64,000 nucleotides of DNA from Camelus ferus (GCF_009834535.1 NC_045697.1:46130001-46194000), one strand, 5' to 3'. Positions 14,851-28,918 are shown, numbered from the stretch's first letter. Numbers and translations are program-made. The notes: generated from the letters alone by a model not told the origin.

Positions 14851-15473
14851 AATACCTGTCTTTGCTCTACATCCAAATACAACCTAGAAAAGCAAGGAAG
14901 GGTGACTGTCATCCCTTAAGTCATGAGTAATCTCAATACCTGATAACTATCCTTACCAGCTGCCTAGCCAATAATTTTGAACTTTGACTTAACAAGCTTT
15001 AGCCCACCAATGAACAACAACAACAAAAATTACTTACAAAACAAAATAAAACTTTTTTGGTGACTTTTCTCAGGCCACCTAGAAGCCAAATCCATCCACT
15101 CCAAGTACAGAGAAGTATTAAAGATGTCAGATATAATCCCCCAACGAAGGCTCCACTTCAAAGGTAAGTGGAGAAAGTCATTTAGGCAGCGTGTGTAGCC
15201 TGTCACTTAATGCGCTTTTCAGTACAGCAGCAAGAACACAAAGAGTTGTTATAATTTGAGATACTGAAAAAGAAACAAAAGACTTTAAATCTCTGAGGCA
15301 TTTTGTTTGACTCTTAGAACACTAGAATATTCTAGGCTGCTTGCCAAATGAATGTTTGGTTGAATATAAATAAGCTTATTATCATGCATATGATAAATGT
15401 GTACAAAAGAATTGAGGGTTAATAAAACTTTTTATTCCTAAACAGACCAATATTTTATCAGAAAGGCCCATTG

Positions 15474-15727
15474 TGGGAAGAGATAAATTGGGAGTCCGAG
15501 ATTTGCAGATACTAACTAATATATATATAATAGAAAATAACAAGTTCATACAGTATAACACAGGAACTATATTCAATATCTTGTAGTGACTTATGGTGAG
15601 GAAGAATATGAAAATAAATAAATGTATGTTTATGTATGACTAAAACGTGCTGTCCACCAAAAATTAACTGACACAACATTGTAAACTGACTATGAGTGTG
15701 TGTGTGTGTATACAAATATATATATAA
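15474..15727 (+). mobile_element. 5'-truncated young L1 3' end with 14-bp target-site duplication
   Basis: Flanked by agaaaggcccattg (15460-15473) and agaaagacccattg (15728-15741), one mismatch. Ends caacattgtaaactgactat, then a (GT)n/(AT)n tail. Confidence 0.85.
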
Positions 15728-17889
15728 AGAAAGACCCATTGAAAGTTTTGCCTATATTTCTGGGATGTTTTTCCATCTTAACACTTTCTGAATTCTGAGT
15801 ATCAGCAGTATTTCTAAATTATTTCATTATACTACACCTTCTTTCTCTGACGAGCCGTAGAAAATGCCTGGAATTTAACATGTATGACTTCAAAAATTTC
15901 TTCTCATTTATTATGACAAAACTTTTGATTTTTTAAACTCAGCTTCCCTGGAATGTATATCAAAGGATTGTGCATTTGGATAAAAAAGGAAGAAAAAAAA
16001 ATCAATGCAGTCAAAACAGTTACCTTATAAAGTACCCATTCCATGGGTCTGTATTTAGGATGCCTTCTTTAATTGAAATGGAATATTTGAATTATATATT
16101 AATAGAGAGGGTACCATCTCATTATGACATATGTCCTCGAGTGCTGTCTCACTCCAATGCAAGGGGGGAATATTATCTTAAAGAGAATAATAATGGTAAT
16201 CATTGACAGATGTATCTGTTGAAGGAACAGATATATTAAATTATGTTGAAACTTAAGTCATAGATCAATCTGAGAATTTTTTTCCAAACCTATAGAAATG
16301 GCTTCCCTAATGACATGTGTCATGACCTTTCATTTGTCCTTGTCACATCCAACTGTTGTTTCAAGCATGTAGTGGCCCTCTTCCATATTTTATTGCTGAA
16401 GCTACCTACCTAATTAAGAAATTAGATGATATGTAACACGCTGGTGACCCTGACAATGAAAGTGATGATCTGATAGGATAAAGAGTGTTTCACATTATTA
16501 ACTGAAGTTTTTTACCTCTGAAAGTAGTGGAGCTGGTTATTTGTATAGAAAAGGCAATAGAGGAGAAACAGATATGCATCCTAAGAAGGCAAATAGTTTT
16601 TAGATTCATATTTGACACTTAGAACATTATTTTTCTTCAATTTTGCTTGTTTAAAAAGAGAATAGGTAAAATGGGCAACACATACCACAATTTTGGCAAC
16701 AAATACCACAATATGCATCTAAGAGTCAATTATTACTAAAGAGAGCACACATAAAAAAGTTTCTAGGAAGAAAAAAAGAGACCTTAGATGTCTTCTCTGT
16801 TCTCAACTGTCAGAAGCAACTTTTCAAGACTTTATTAGGATAAATGGACTCTGGAAAATTAGCTATTTCTCTCGTTTGTTCCTTTTCCTTTCTTGTCTGT
16901 GTAGGGTGTAATGGGGTGAGGGAGGGGAGGAAGATGGGATAGAAAAAGCAATAAGTGAGAGAAGTTACTAGAAATGGTATAATTAGCATTCCTGACACCT
17001 TGTCTCTGGGCAAAGCTTCAAACAGAAGTTTGATATCAATCTTTCCTGTGTCCTCTATTTTTATTAATACTCATATAAATGTAGTTTCTCACAACTAACT
17101 ATTTAAAAGTTGAGTGATTATAGCAAACGACTTCTCTGTAATATTTCATGACACCTACTAACTTAGCCTACCTCCTTATTTCCTGTAGACACACTGATAT
17201 TTTCTCCTTAAGCCCATCCTATTTGATAGGGATGTCTTAATGTTGTACAGAAAGAAACTGTATCCAGCAATTTGAGCCAAAACAATTTGATAACTTAAGC
17301 TCCCTGAATTACATCACCTGAAATAGGACCTTTTCAGAAAGCACACACATAGTAGGTTAACTAATTAAGGATTGTGACATTCTTGGGACATACCAAGGGC
17401 TGTTAAAAGGGAAGTGTCTTTAAACTCTTCTTTCCTCCCCTGGCCTATGGTAGGAAAGACCTACAGAATTACCAAGTCATTAATATTCTTCATGCTTATT
17501 AAAGGTCAGCAACAGTGAATCAGTTACTAGCAACTTCCTAAAAGTTTAGGACAGGAAACAATAAAGGATGCTATATCCAAATAGAAGCTGCAAGGATAAC
17601 TTAGCTGGATAGAATGTAATTACTGAGGTTAAAATTAGCCAGGTCACCTTACTCTTATGGAAAAAAAGCCCTGGGAACCTGGCAACCAAATAAATAGATA
17701 GGAACTTCCTTCCCATTAATAAGCTTCTTTCATTCTGTGCTGAAACGTTACTCCAAAGACATACACCTATTATCTTACCAAGAATGCTTCCTAAACCGAG
17801 TTTGGACACCCTCCTAATTATTAAAAAGACCCTGAGCTGAATAACTATAAATGTGTGTTATAGATATATAGATAGATAGATAATCATAT

Positions 17890-17990
17890 TAGAACTGAAA
17901 ATATCTTACAAATCACGTAGTTCAACCTCATTTTTTAGATGAGGAAACCGTCCAGAGTTGTGACTTCCCCAAGCTCAGTCAGCTATATTG
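17890..17990 (-). mobile_element. MIR-family fragment
   Basis: tagttcaacctcattttttagatgaggaaac...gtgacttccccaag. Confidence 0.6.
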
Positions 17991-18902
17991 ACATGGATTG
18001 TTTACTATATTATTGATCTTCTGTGGGTGGTAAATATTTTTAATATTTAGCTGTAAATTATTTTGTCAATTTAGCTAAATATTTTTGATAAAGGTTGAGT
18101 TCGACTTTGTCACTCAGCATATAGCAACAGCATATGTATGAGTAGTTGCTAAAAAAAATAAAGAATATATAACTTAAAAGTCAAAAGTGATATTGCAGCT
18201 AAACATGGAAGACATCCTTTCACTAACAAAGCATAATTATTCATAATCAAAAAACATTTAAAGACATTTCTTGTACTAGCCATTTTGTAGTTTAAAACCC
18301 GAAGTACAACAGATGATTCTGTCTATTTTCCACTAGGTGGCAATATATCTTTTTCTTTACAGTTTAAATGTGTTTTTCCAGGGTATGATGAAAAGACGCC
18401 TTTGAGTAGTTTTTCTCTGAGTTGACTCATTTGAAATTAAGACTAAACAACCTTAAGAAAGAGACATGAGAAATTAGGAATATACTAAGACAGAGGATAG
18501 GGTTGTCTTATAAAACGTAGAATTAAAATTAATAAATTTTGCTTCCTATATGCTCATAAACAAAATTTAAACTGACATGACCCCCTTAAAAATTTGGTAG
18601 TGCTGTATCGTTTAATTGAAATCAGGTTTGTCATGTATTATTAGTAGCAAAAAGCACTGAAAATTTTCTTAGTCCTGTTTAAAACATCATCCTCAAGATT
18701 AGGTCGTAGTGTTCTAAGCTGCAGTATGTATTTTCATAGCCTATCTTCAATCAGGACTTGGAAAATAGTACTCATTAAATGACTTTGTGTGTGTGTGTTA
18801 GTTTGTTTGGGTCCATACTGGAGATAAGTTGGTTCTGAAGGAATAATAAGACAACTGCTGTTTTCTTTAAAGTCAGATGGGTTTCAGTGAACTGTCTGCC
18901 AA

Positions 18903-19298
18903 TGTACTGGCTTGCGAAGGCTGCCATAACATAATATCACAAACTGGGGGGCTTCAACAACAGAAATTTATTTTTTCACAATTCTGGAGGCTAGAAGTCC
19001 AAGACCAAGGTGTGGGCAAGGTTAGTGTCTTCTGACGCTTCTTCCCACGGCTCACAGATGATAGCCTTCTCCTCGTGTCTCCACACAGCTAAACCTCTGT
19101 GTGGTGTGTGCCCTAATCTCCTCTTCTTACCAGGCCACCAGTCAGCAGTCATAGTGGATTAGGATCCTTCTGTGTGACCCTACTTTACTTACCTCTCTAA
19201 AGGTTCTACCTGCAAATACAGTCACATTCTGAGGTACTAAGGCTTAGAACTTCAACATAGGAATTTGGGGTGGAGGCAACACAATTCAGACCATAACA
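18903..19298 (-). mobile_element. MLT1 (MaLR) solo LTR, MLT1B/C-like
   Basis: ggctgccataaca...aacaacagaaatttatt...tctggaggctagaagtccaaga...atacagtcacattctgaggtact...acacaattcagaccataaca, with TG...CA termini. Confidence 0.85.
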
Positions 19299-19414
19299 AC
19301 TAGTAAATCTATAATCACAGAGTGCCCCGTACTTTTAACTGAGCTATAGGACCAAAAATCCTAGATTGAAAGCCTGAGTTCTAGAGCTAAGCACTGATTC
19401 TAGAGATTATCTAA

Positions 19415-19880
19415 TCCACTCATTCTTGACCCTTGCGGCACAAAAGAGCTTTCAAGTGCACCAGTGCCTGGTCCCACACCCAGATATTCTGATGAGTTAA
19501 TTTTGAGTGGGACCGGTCATGAATATTTTTTAAAACTTTCCAATTGTCTCTAATAGGAGACCTGACTGCAGAACCACTGATTTAGACAACTATTTCCCAA
19601 AAGTGGTTAAAGAATCACCCATAGAGTTTATTAAAATGCAAATTCCTATACAGGGGCAGTGGCTGCCTTCACTCTGATCTGCAGAAATGGAGCCAAGTCC
19701 ATTTATCAAGGGTCCTAGTAATTTTTATGAACCCAAAAGTCTGCAAAGCTCTGATCTAGTCTAACCCTCTCATTTTACATTGAGGTGAAAAGGCTGAGGC
19801 TTGGCGAAGTTAGCTCAGCCAAGGTCACATAGCTAGAGAACAGCAGAGCCAGAAGGAGATTAGATGTTAGATCTCCTGAA
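19415..19880. mobile_element. Two MER5-like DNA transposon remnants followed by a MIR fragment
   Basis: cccacacccagatattctgat...agaaccactg; gaatcaccc...ttaaaatgcaaattcct; then cattttacattgaggtg...aaggtcacatagctag. Confidence 0.6.
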
Positions 19881-20932
19881 ACTTAATCTAAATTTTTTAG
19901 CAGGATTCTCTTAGCTAATAAAGAAATGTGTGGACATTAAAACGATCTTGTAATTCTGGTCCCAGGACTCAACTGCATCTACCCTCGAATCCAGGCAGGT
20001 CCTGACAAGTCTAGAAGCCCAAGAGGACAGGATTATTACAGTTGTATTTCCTTTTAAAATGCATTCCAGGAGCCTGTATTGTGTTTGTGGACAATGGGCA
20101 ACATCAGAACTGATGGGTTATTGCGAATCCTACATTATACTGTGCTGCCAAGGCCCTGCAGGTCCCGCCTCCCCAGATTTAGGCCTGAGTCCTAGGTGGA
20201 GGCTACAGTAATGAGTTAGCAAATTCAGTGCTATGAAGCCGATGGAGGAGTCTGTTTCCCTGGCACCAGTAGCTTCTGCAGCAGGAGTCAGTGGCTTAGC
20301 ATCACTCACCATCAGAAAGTGGCAGCCTCTGTGCTGGCGTCGGCTGGCAGAGAAGTAGCAGTGACTGATTGGTGAGCTGGAACAGGGAGCAAACTGGTAG
20401 CTCAAGAGATTTTCACTTCTGCTGCTATTACCCATCCAAAATCCAGGGGTAAAGAGAGCTCTTGGGAGCTTGGTGTCAGAGTCTGAGTTGGTAAAGGGAG
20501 GGAACACACATAGACAAATAAGTTGCGACATGATTTTAGAAAACCTAATGCATTGGAATCCAAAAACTTAAAATCTAACCCCTCAGAGGGTGACGATCCA
20601 CAAATATTGAACATTTTTTCCATAAAGATTTAGCTTACAGGTTTTCTTGAACAGAGAATTTTCTATGCACTTCTATTTTTTGTTGTTCAAAACAACCCAG
20701 ACTTGAGTGAGAAAGAACAGCAAAATCTTGACATGTTATGAATCACTAGAAATGGGAAAAAAAATCCATATGAAACAAAGATAGAGCATCAGTGAAGATT
20801 TTTTAATTTAATGTATATTTATAGCACTATAATTCAATTGAGCCTCAATATATCAACAACATAGCCATTTTCTAGACTGAGGATTTATACATTTTAAGTT
20901 TCCCAAGGGTTGGCTGCTGTTCTAAACCCTTC

Positions 20933-21110
20933 ACGGTGTTTCTCAAAGTGTGGAGTGTGGACCAAGAACCACCCGCTCTAGACTCACTTAGGATGATCGC
21001 TTACAATGCAAGACTCTGGGCCCCTCATGAGATCTACCCAGTTTCTGGAGATGAGCTTGAGAATCTGCATTTTTAGCAGATACCTAGGTGATTTAGAGCG
21101 ATTGCTCCCT
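20933..21110. mobile_element. MER5A-like DNA transposon remnant
   Basis: gtgtttctcaaagtgtgg...aatgcaagactctgggcccc...gaatctgcatttttagcaga...aggtgatt. Confidence 0.7.
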
Positions 21111-22657
21111 CGAGGACCTCTACAATGTCCAAAGATACTACTGCTTTTCCTCTGCTCTGGGAGCTCTTAATAACGTTTCTGATGAAAATTTCTGAGAATA
21201 GTTGTCTCTGGGGATTGTCGTCTTTTGGAGTTGTTACCTTACTGAGTCAATGAAAATGTGAAGTTGTTACCAGAGGTCCTCTTTTTTCAGTGTCTTTACA
21301 TGATTTTCCAGCTGACCATGCTCCTGGGTCCCTGAGTAAGCTGTGTAGGAGCTGGTATGAAAGGGACCCAGACTCTGTACGTATTAAACTTTAAATTGCT
21401 TCTCCTGAAGTGTGGTCAAAGGGAAGACACCATCCCAGAGAAGAGAGAAAATGTGTGCTCTCTGAAATCCCAAGTCCCTGTTTTTAAGCTGTTACAAAAC
21501 TGGCTTAATACCAACATAGATGTATTTTGGATATTTAAAGGATTTAAGAAATTCAGATGGGAGCTGCTGGCAACCATGTAACTTGATGAAACTTGTCTTA
21601 CCATGCTATTATCATTACTCTGCATGGAGTTAGGTTTTTGAAAGGTAGGTTTTCTAAATATCTTCCTGGTTTTAAGTTTAGGCATGTTTGGAGGCTTAAT
21701 AAACACTTTCAAGTGTAGCCTCAAACTCAAAGACCTCTGATTTGGAAGCAGTCTTAAGCATTACCACCCCCAGAAGAGAAGAACCTCTACATACCAATGC
21801 CTCCTCTTTCCTTCGACAGTTCCAAAATTAGGAATTAAGCCCCTAAAAAGCAAATGGAGGGAAAAAAATACTTTCACGTAAGATTCAAACATTTTTTCTT
21901 ACTATTTATTCATACTGGTGGGAATCTTCTATACCACCTCTGCTGGAGGGCAAAGGACTAAGGGATACCTAACAAAGTCATAAGGCAGAGGCAACCGAGG
22001 GTGAGAGGTTCTGAGACAGAATTCAGAGGTTAGATTAAATGTCCATGCAGATGAGCTTCCCACATTCACTATTTACCTCTATCCAGCCCTGCTAAAGCAA
22101 ATAGTGTACTTAACCCTCTCTAAAAGCATTGTAATGGGGAAATCTAATTTATCTCTCTTTGTAGGAGGAACCCTGCAGTATTAGTCCCTTTCTTTCTTTT
22201 CTGTACCTTCATTTGGCTCCCACCCTGGACCCCTGAGCCTAGAGAGGCCTATGGATACTAAGATTTTTCTAACCCGCATGATTTTTTTATCATTTTGGGG
22301 ACTGGGTGTCGCTGTTTGGCAATGTTTTTCTCTCTCAAAGACCCAGTGAAATCTTGCCAGAGGGGAAAACAGATCTTAATTTATTTGTTTGTCTGGGAGA
22401 AAAGAAGTCATTAAATACTTTCAAAAAGTTTCACACTTCACACACACACACAAAGTTACCAAACACAGAAAAAGCTACTTTGAGTTCTGCAAGCAATAAC
22501 ACTGGCACACCCATCCCAGATGAATCCCTAGAGAAAAGTATAATCATGCTACATTTTTCTGGATTTCAACCCCCACAGCAGATGTGCCCTGGGCTCCTGG
22601 TCAAGGGTGGGACTGGTTTCTGGATTTCTCCCCTGAAAGCCACAGCTTTGCTTTTCT

Positions 22658-22658
<1 letters not shown>

Positions 22659-22695
<37 letters not shown>
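22659..22695 (+). repeat. Poly(A)37 tract
   Basis: Direct read. Confidence 0.95.
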
Positions 22696-22697
<2 letters not shown>

Positions 22698-25009
22698 AAT
22701 CTGGAATTGATGGCTAGACATCCGAAGAGAAGCGAAGGGACAAAGAACTGGTTGAATTAATTTCTTTCATCCCATAATTATTTTCTTCCAAATCTCATTC
22801 CTGTTCTTCGTTTACAAAGGACATTAGGATATTTCCCTGAAGAATTTACTCCCTGAAGAATTTGGGAAAGAGAAGAAGATAGTGTAGGTGTTCTTCAAAT
22901 CTCAATTTTAAAAGAGGGGAAATGATAAAATGACACATTCTAGCTCAAAGTCTATTTAAAAACACTAAAAAAAAAAAGTGAGCTGGAATCAGGGATCCCT
23001 TCTAATGATACTGACTGTTGGATTAATATCATTCATGCATCACCATGATCTGCAAAACCAGAGTTGTTTTCACTAAGCACTGAGACAGCATAGCTTTCTA
23101 AGCAAGATGTCATTTCTTTAATGGTACGCAGGAAGAGAAACAGGCTTCTCTTCTGCATTTCGAGCATCTTTTCTACAAAAGGGCAAATTATAGCTAGGAT
23201 TGCTCTTACAGCCCTTTTCGTTCTTATTGTTTTGCTTGTATATAATTTTTAAGTACTGGGAACACATGGTACTTATAATTTAAGATTATTATAGCTAAGC
23301 CAATTAAACCCATACATCCTTCGATGGACTTATAGGCTTGCTTGATTTTACTTCTTAAATATTATTTCAGTGATCCTTCTGTAAGTTTGGGACGTAAGAA
23401 AGAAGAGCTGAGTAGTTAAATACACATCTACAAAATGAAACCAGCTGTTACTCCCACCTCTGCTTGAAAATGAGCAAAGATCATTAAAGGAAGTCAAGGC
23501 CACAAAAGAGTTCTTAGAGAGGACTAGAGCATCCTGACCACCTGAGGAAGATAAGCCGAGGCTAAAAATCTATCTCTCTTATCAAAAGGGAAGTTAATCC
23601 TGTACAATAGTATGAAAAGCTTCTACATGAATGATTGTATTTGCTTTTCAAGACACAGCTGTGCAATAAGCCCACAAGTAGTATTATTCACAAATTCAAG
23701 TAAAGTAAACTGAGATACATAGACAGAAAGGCCTCAAAATTTGGAGCAGATGTCCTGCCTTAGGAGCCATTATTCTTTCCATTATACTATGATATTGTAT
23801 CACGTCTTTCTGTTCCAAGATCCTAAAACATGATGAATTGGGACCCTTAGGAGGCTTCCTCCTGGATAGGTTGTGAGAATTAAACCAAAGCAACATATGA
23901 AAAGTACTTAGAAGAGTGCCTGCCAGTTGTGTATCTATGTGTGTGCTAAAATGGATACGTACATTTGTATATATAAATGTATATGTATGTACATAATATA
24001 CACATATATGCGTAAAAATGCACCATGTGTGCAAACATGCATACATACATACATATTCCAGTACACAGACACAGACAACTTGAAAAGGAATAAGTAAATA
24101 ACAATGATCATAACCAGGTTAGCTATGAAAGGAGGACACTTTACCAGACCTCTCACCCTAGAGAGTTAAAAAATATAATTTTTTTAAAAGAACTTTTTCT
24201 TCAGTTTCTTCATCCTCTAGTCCTGGAGAAGAGACAAGTTTCTAAAAATTTTAAGTCCTGATTTAAAATAAGAAAAGCAAAAGTTGCCTTAGGAATGGGA
24301 TCTGTGAAGCAGAGAAGCAGAGAGCATCCCTTCTGCCTGCCCAGCCCGATTATAAAGCCGGCAAGTGTTCAGGCCCACCAGTCTAAGGCTTCTGTTTCTG
24401 CCTCAGCATTCTAGGCCTCGTGGCCCGGTTGTCAACTCAAATGCATTTGGAAGAGGAAAGGGAGGTGGCCCAGCTTCTCACTCCATTCCCAGTTCAGTTT
24501 CTGAGCAGGCTAAACTTTCTACACCCATTGGAGGTATTTTTGCACCTTCCGCGGAAGACAGTATTTCCAAACAAGGCCCAAAGGTTATCTGTTCAAAAGT
24601 CAGACTAGCTGCTGCTTCTACGAAGAGGAACTGTTCAAGAGGTGGCCGTGTGAGATCCCAGGTGTGTGTATGTGTTTGTCTATTTAGAGAGGACTGGCAC
24701 TTGTCCCTCTCTCTGCATCCCCAAGTAGGGTGTGAGGTAGTCCTCAGTACCCAATATATGCACAATGCAGTCTCCGGTTGGGCTGGTGCGACCACCACAG
24801 GAGTTGGTTGCCTGAATGGCTGAGAATCATCAGGGGTGAGGGTTAGGGTGGGGATTTCCTAATAAAACTCCAGAAATGATCTCATATCTCCAGAAGTACT
24901 TAAGAGATGGAAAAGAACGTGGAGGTCAGGCAGGATTGCGGGATGGGGAAACAGAGATACCACAGAATGATCCAAATTGATTCCAGAACAGAGAACTGGA
25001 AAAGAAAAT

Positions 25010-26150
25010 CTGAAACCTCGGGGCGGATCCCTGCTCGCCGCGCTTGCCCGCGCTCCGTGGTTGGGTCCTCGGTGGTCCGCTAAAGCGAGGCGTCCCGGCG
25101 CGGCTGAGCGCTGACGGCTGCCCCTGGTTCCGGGTGTGTGCGCCTCCCCAGGTCCCCGTGCGCCTTGCAGACCAAGCGCGGACTCCTCCACCGTCCTGTG
25201 GGCGCGGAGGGGAGTCTGCGCCGATTATGCGTAGGGAAGGAGAGGAGAAGCCCCTGACCCAAGAGGCAGGTGGCCCTGGGCCTCGGGCCCTCGGAATCGG
25301 GAGTCGGAGGTGCACTTCCTGGCCGTTTTATTGGTATGACTGGTCCCGGGCGTCCAAGGTCTCGGCGCAGCGGATCACGCTTACTGGACCCGGCGACTAA
25401 AGAGAGACGCTGAGGAGAGGGCAAACTCTGCAGAGGACCGGAAGCGGCGTGCACAGAGGTTCAGAGACCTGGGTGGGAGGAGGAAGTGCGCAACCCCGCT
25501 GGACCCCTGTCCTCTCAACCCCCACCGCAGCGCCGGACGGCGGCTGTGGCTGCACATCTATGTTCGCAACTGGCCGGCGCGCGGCTGCGTCCTCTACTCG
25601 CGGTACTCTGGGCCTCGGAGGGCCTCGGAGGGCCTCAGAGCTAGGAGTGGGCCCGGGACCTTGGGAACTTTCCCCGCTGGGTCCGGTGTCGGTCTCGGCT
25701 CTACAGAGCCTGCAAAGCTGTGCAGAGATGTGCGTGCGTCCTTTCCTGGCCCTCTAGTTCCCGCACGCCTGTGCGCGTACGCTGTCCTCTGCAAACACAT
25801 CCTGGGAAATACAGGCGTCGCCCCCTCCCACGCACAAACGCCAACAGAGAAGAGGGGTTCGCAGTCCGCCCAGAGGCAGCACGCTTGGGGATCGCAGACG
25901 CTAGGCGCCGGGTCACTCCCAAGCCTTCTGCCCCTGAGTGGGACACCACAAGCACTGGTGCGGCAGCCGCTCGGTTTTCCTTTTCCCCAGTCTTTAGGAC
26001 CTGTGGGTTTGGCAGGCACTCGGAGCTCAGGCCACCTGCTTGGGCTTCAGGGCACCAGCCTGCTCCAAGTCTGCATGACCCTGTGACCTTGTTTTCTCCG
26101 CAGCTGTGCGCCGACATTTACGCCTATGGCCTCAGCCGGCTCAGCAGAGG
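25010..26150. promoter_or_regulatory. CpG island downstream of the PRDM8 3' end
   Basis: Abrupt rise in GC and CpG density within AT-rich flanks; no recognisable protein in the overlapping ORFs. Confidence 0.85.
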
Positions 26151-28393
26151 GGTGGGGTTATGGAATCTTAGAAATTCTCATCTAAGAAAGTTAAGATACA
26201 TCCGAAAGCTTAATGCAACATTAAAAGAAAACATGCCTCAGTTTGCCTTGGCTGAAGGCAAAACTAGCTTTGGGCACCCTTCCCCTACTGCTTCTCTCCA
26301 AAAAGGTCTTGTAGGCAGTTTGGTCAGCAAAGCTGCCCAGCTCTAAAGTGTCTGCCACGAACACACCTACCTGGGTCGCCTGGGCAGTAGCTCAGCCAAG
26401 GCTCGGCTTTCTTCCACATTGTGTGATTAAGTCAATGACCATGCAAAAGAAAACACAGGGGAAGCTCAGGAGGTGTCTGTATGTGTCCCTCAAAAAAATA
26501 ACGTTCTAGACTATGAGGAAGTCCTTTTCAAAAAGCAGTATTTGCTTACTTTTTCTTCAGATCTAAATTCAATTTTTGAATCTCCAGCAGGTAATAAAGC
26601 CACCATAGTGAAAAGGAGATTCTGGAAGAATGGGACAGAAATGAAAGGGCATTCAAGTTTTTTTGGTTTGTTTTTTAAAGTAAGACCCCAGGCAACCTGG
26701 GTTGGTTGGCTGCTTGGTTGGTTGGTTGGTTGGTTTTTAAGAAACTTTTGCTCCAGAGATCCACTATGTTCCAGGCAATTTAGTCAACCTCTCAGGCATT
26801 GTGATTTAAAGATCTCTTGAGGCCTACTTTCTATTTGTCCCCAAATATCTTTCTTACTTCTTGCCATCAAATTTGCTCCACAACCAATCTTGATCTTTTC
26901 TCCAGAAAGCCCTCTTTAGATTTAAAAAGAGCCTGATTAGCTCACTAGAAAAAAAAAAAATTTCCCCATGCTAGAAGTTCTTTTAAAGATAGCAGAACCT
27001 GTCTCACTCATTGTAGAGATAAGACACCAAGATGCAGGTAAATTAATGATGCCAATAATGATGCAAGGTTATACTAGTCATTCAGAGCAGTTATAACTGG
27101 AATTTTGGATTGTTCTTCTCATCACACTTTGCTGAGGATTAGTGTTTCAAATTACCCAACTGTTGCCTAGGAAAACTGAGAGCAAGCCTCAAAGAAATGT
27201 AGTGCTAAAAGTACTTGGATAATCTTAAGAAAGTCAGCCTGCTTTTTCAACAACCTTGGTCACACTTAAGGATACACCTTTTTGCCTTGCCCCTGGTCTT
27301 TGCCTGCCTAATAACTTGTTCTGTATTCACCTTAAGATAATGAAGTTTTTACAATCCCTTTAAGGAAAACCATTGAAAGCCTGCAGTGAGACTCCGTGCA
27401 AGTTTCCCATTTCAGACCTTTTCACAAGTGTCTTCCTTCTGACATAGGGGACGGTTGGCAAGATTGTGAAGGAAGGAAGAAAAAAATGGGAAAACACCTT
27501 CTGTGATAGATAAATCAGTGCAATATCTGTCACTAGAGCATCTATAGAGTGACTCTGAAGATGCCCATAGATCAAGTGCTTGCTACTCTAGGACCTAAAG
27601 GATCATCATTCATTTGGTTTTGCATCTACTGGTTGCTGGACATACTACATGCACCTACATGTGTATACTCTGTTTAAGAACTGTTGTCAGTATATGAAGA
27701 GTACAGAGGGACTTTCTGTAAGAGGAAGGGCAGGGAGAGGAGGAAAGTTATCAGGTTATTCTGTATTGTGATGCTCCAGAGCTCTTTTTTGTCAGAGGCT
27801 GTGCACCTGCTCAGGATTTTAGAAGGAAGGCCAGGACTTGCAATACCTAGACCACTGTGGTCATTTCACCTTGGTTTCCAAAGAAGCTCTCCCTAGGGTC
27901 TCTTAGTGGGAAATGACAGAAAAGCTGAAGGGTTCTAGTGCACAAGATGCTCTTTCATGTAAGCTTCACTAGTAGAACCTGTAGTAGGGATGCCCTACTA
28001 TAGGGCCTTCACCTGGTCCCCCAGACCCAGGCCTGAAGAATGGCCACTTGTGAAGATGCTAGTTATCCTGCTGCTGAAAACAATGCTGACATTCCAGGGA
28101 CAGGTTAGCTGCATGTCCCTGAAGGCATCTTTGTTTAAATAATTTGTCCTTTAATCAAGAAGCTCAACACTTTCCAGATAAAGATGTTCCAACTAATAAT
28201 CAAACCTTACCTTCTAACTTTGAGGCTCAAAATTGGCTTAGAGTAAATAATGCAAGTGGGGCAGGGTTTATCGCCCCTCTCTTCTGCTATCTCTTCTCAA
28301 TAAAATAGATAGTATCTACTCAAAGTGCAGCCCTTAGCTACAAAAAAAATTTGAAAAACACTTTCCAAATAATTGCTTTGAAGAAAATAGTCA

Positions 28394-28399
28394 TTTATT
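28394..28399 (-). terminator. PRDM8: Poly(A) signal AATAAA (a second AATAAA lies at 28625-28630)
   Basis: tttatt on + strand about 760 nt after the stop; the minus strand downstream is T/GT-rich (GTGTTTTT, TTTTTTTTGT). Confidence 0.7.
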
Positions 28400-28916
28400 G
28401 TCAAAGCATCCAACATATCCGGATAATCTATAAAGTTTAATAAATCTTTCCAGGGATAAAAGAAACACGTAACTATTCAGACTCCATTTCACTGGCACAA
28501 AATTACACTTTGTATTAAAAGGAAATACATATTTACATAATGATGACATTCTTCATTGAAGTCCATAATCATTTCATGATACATGCACTTCCCCTGGAAA
28601 TTTAAATTGAATGGTGACCCCCTTTTTATTTGTTTTGCTTATTTTGTAAGAACACAAACTGTAATCAAGAAATGCAGAAAGCATTTCACACTCCTCCTTT
28701 ACTTTATATCTAAAATAAATTTTGCCCTTACATATAATTATTACATCTAAATCGTAAGTGCTTAATAATTTAAGTAGAAACGTATGACAAATGCATCAAT
28801 ATGTTGCAATATATGACATTTTTAAAAATGTACTTTTGTTTTTGGGAAAGTGAAAATGCGTGCATTCAAAAGAAAACCCCTCAACCAACCCACCAGATCA
28901 AAAATCCACCATCCTG

Positions 28917-28918
<2 letters not shown>

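Noticed and set aside
22834..22863. Short direct repeat tccctgaagaattt x2 (similar small duplications at about 10945 and 31125)
   Set aside because: Ordinary local slippage duplications with no spacer array; not CRISPR-like.
24859..26346. Cluster of 100-208 aa ORFs on both strands
   Set aside because: CpG-island artefacts with no recognisable protein family or coherent exon structure.
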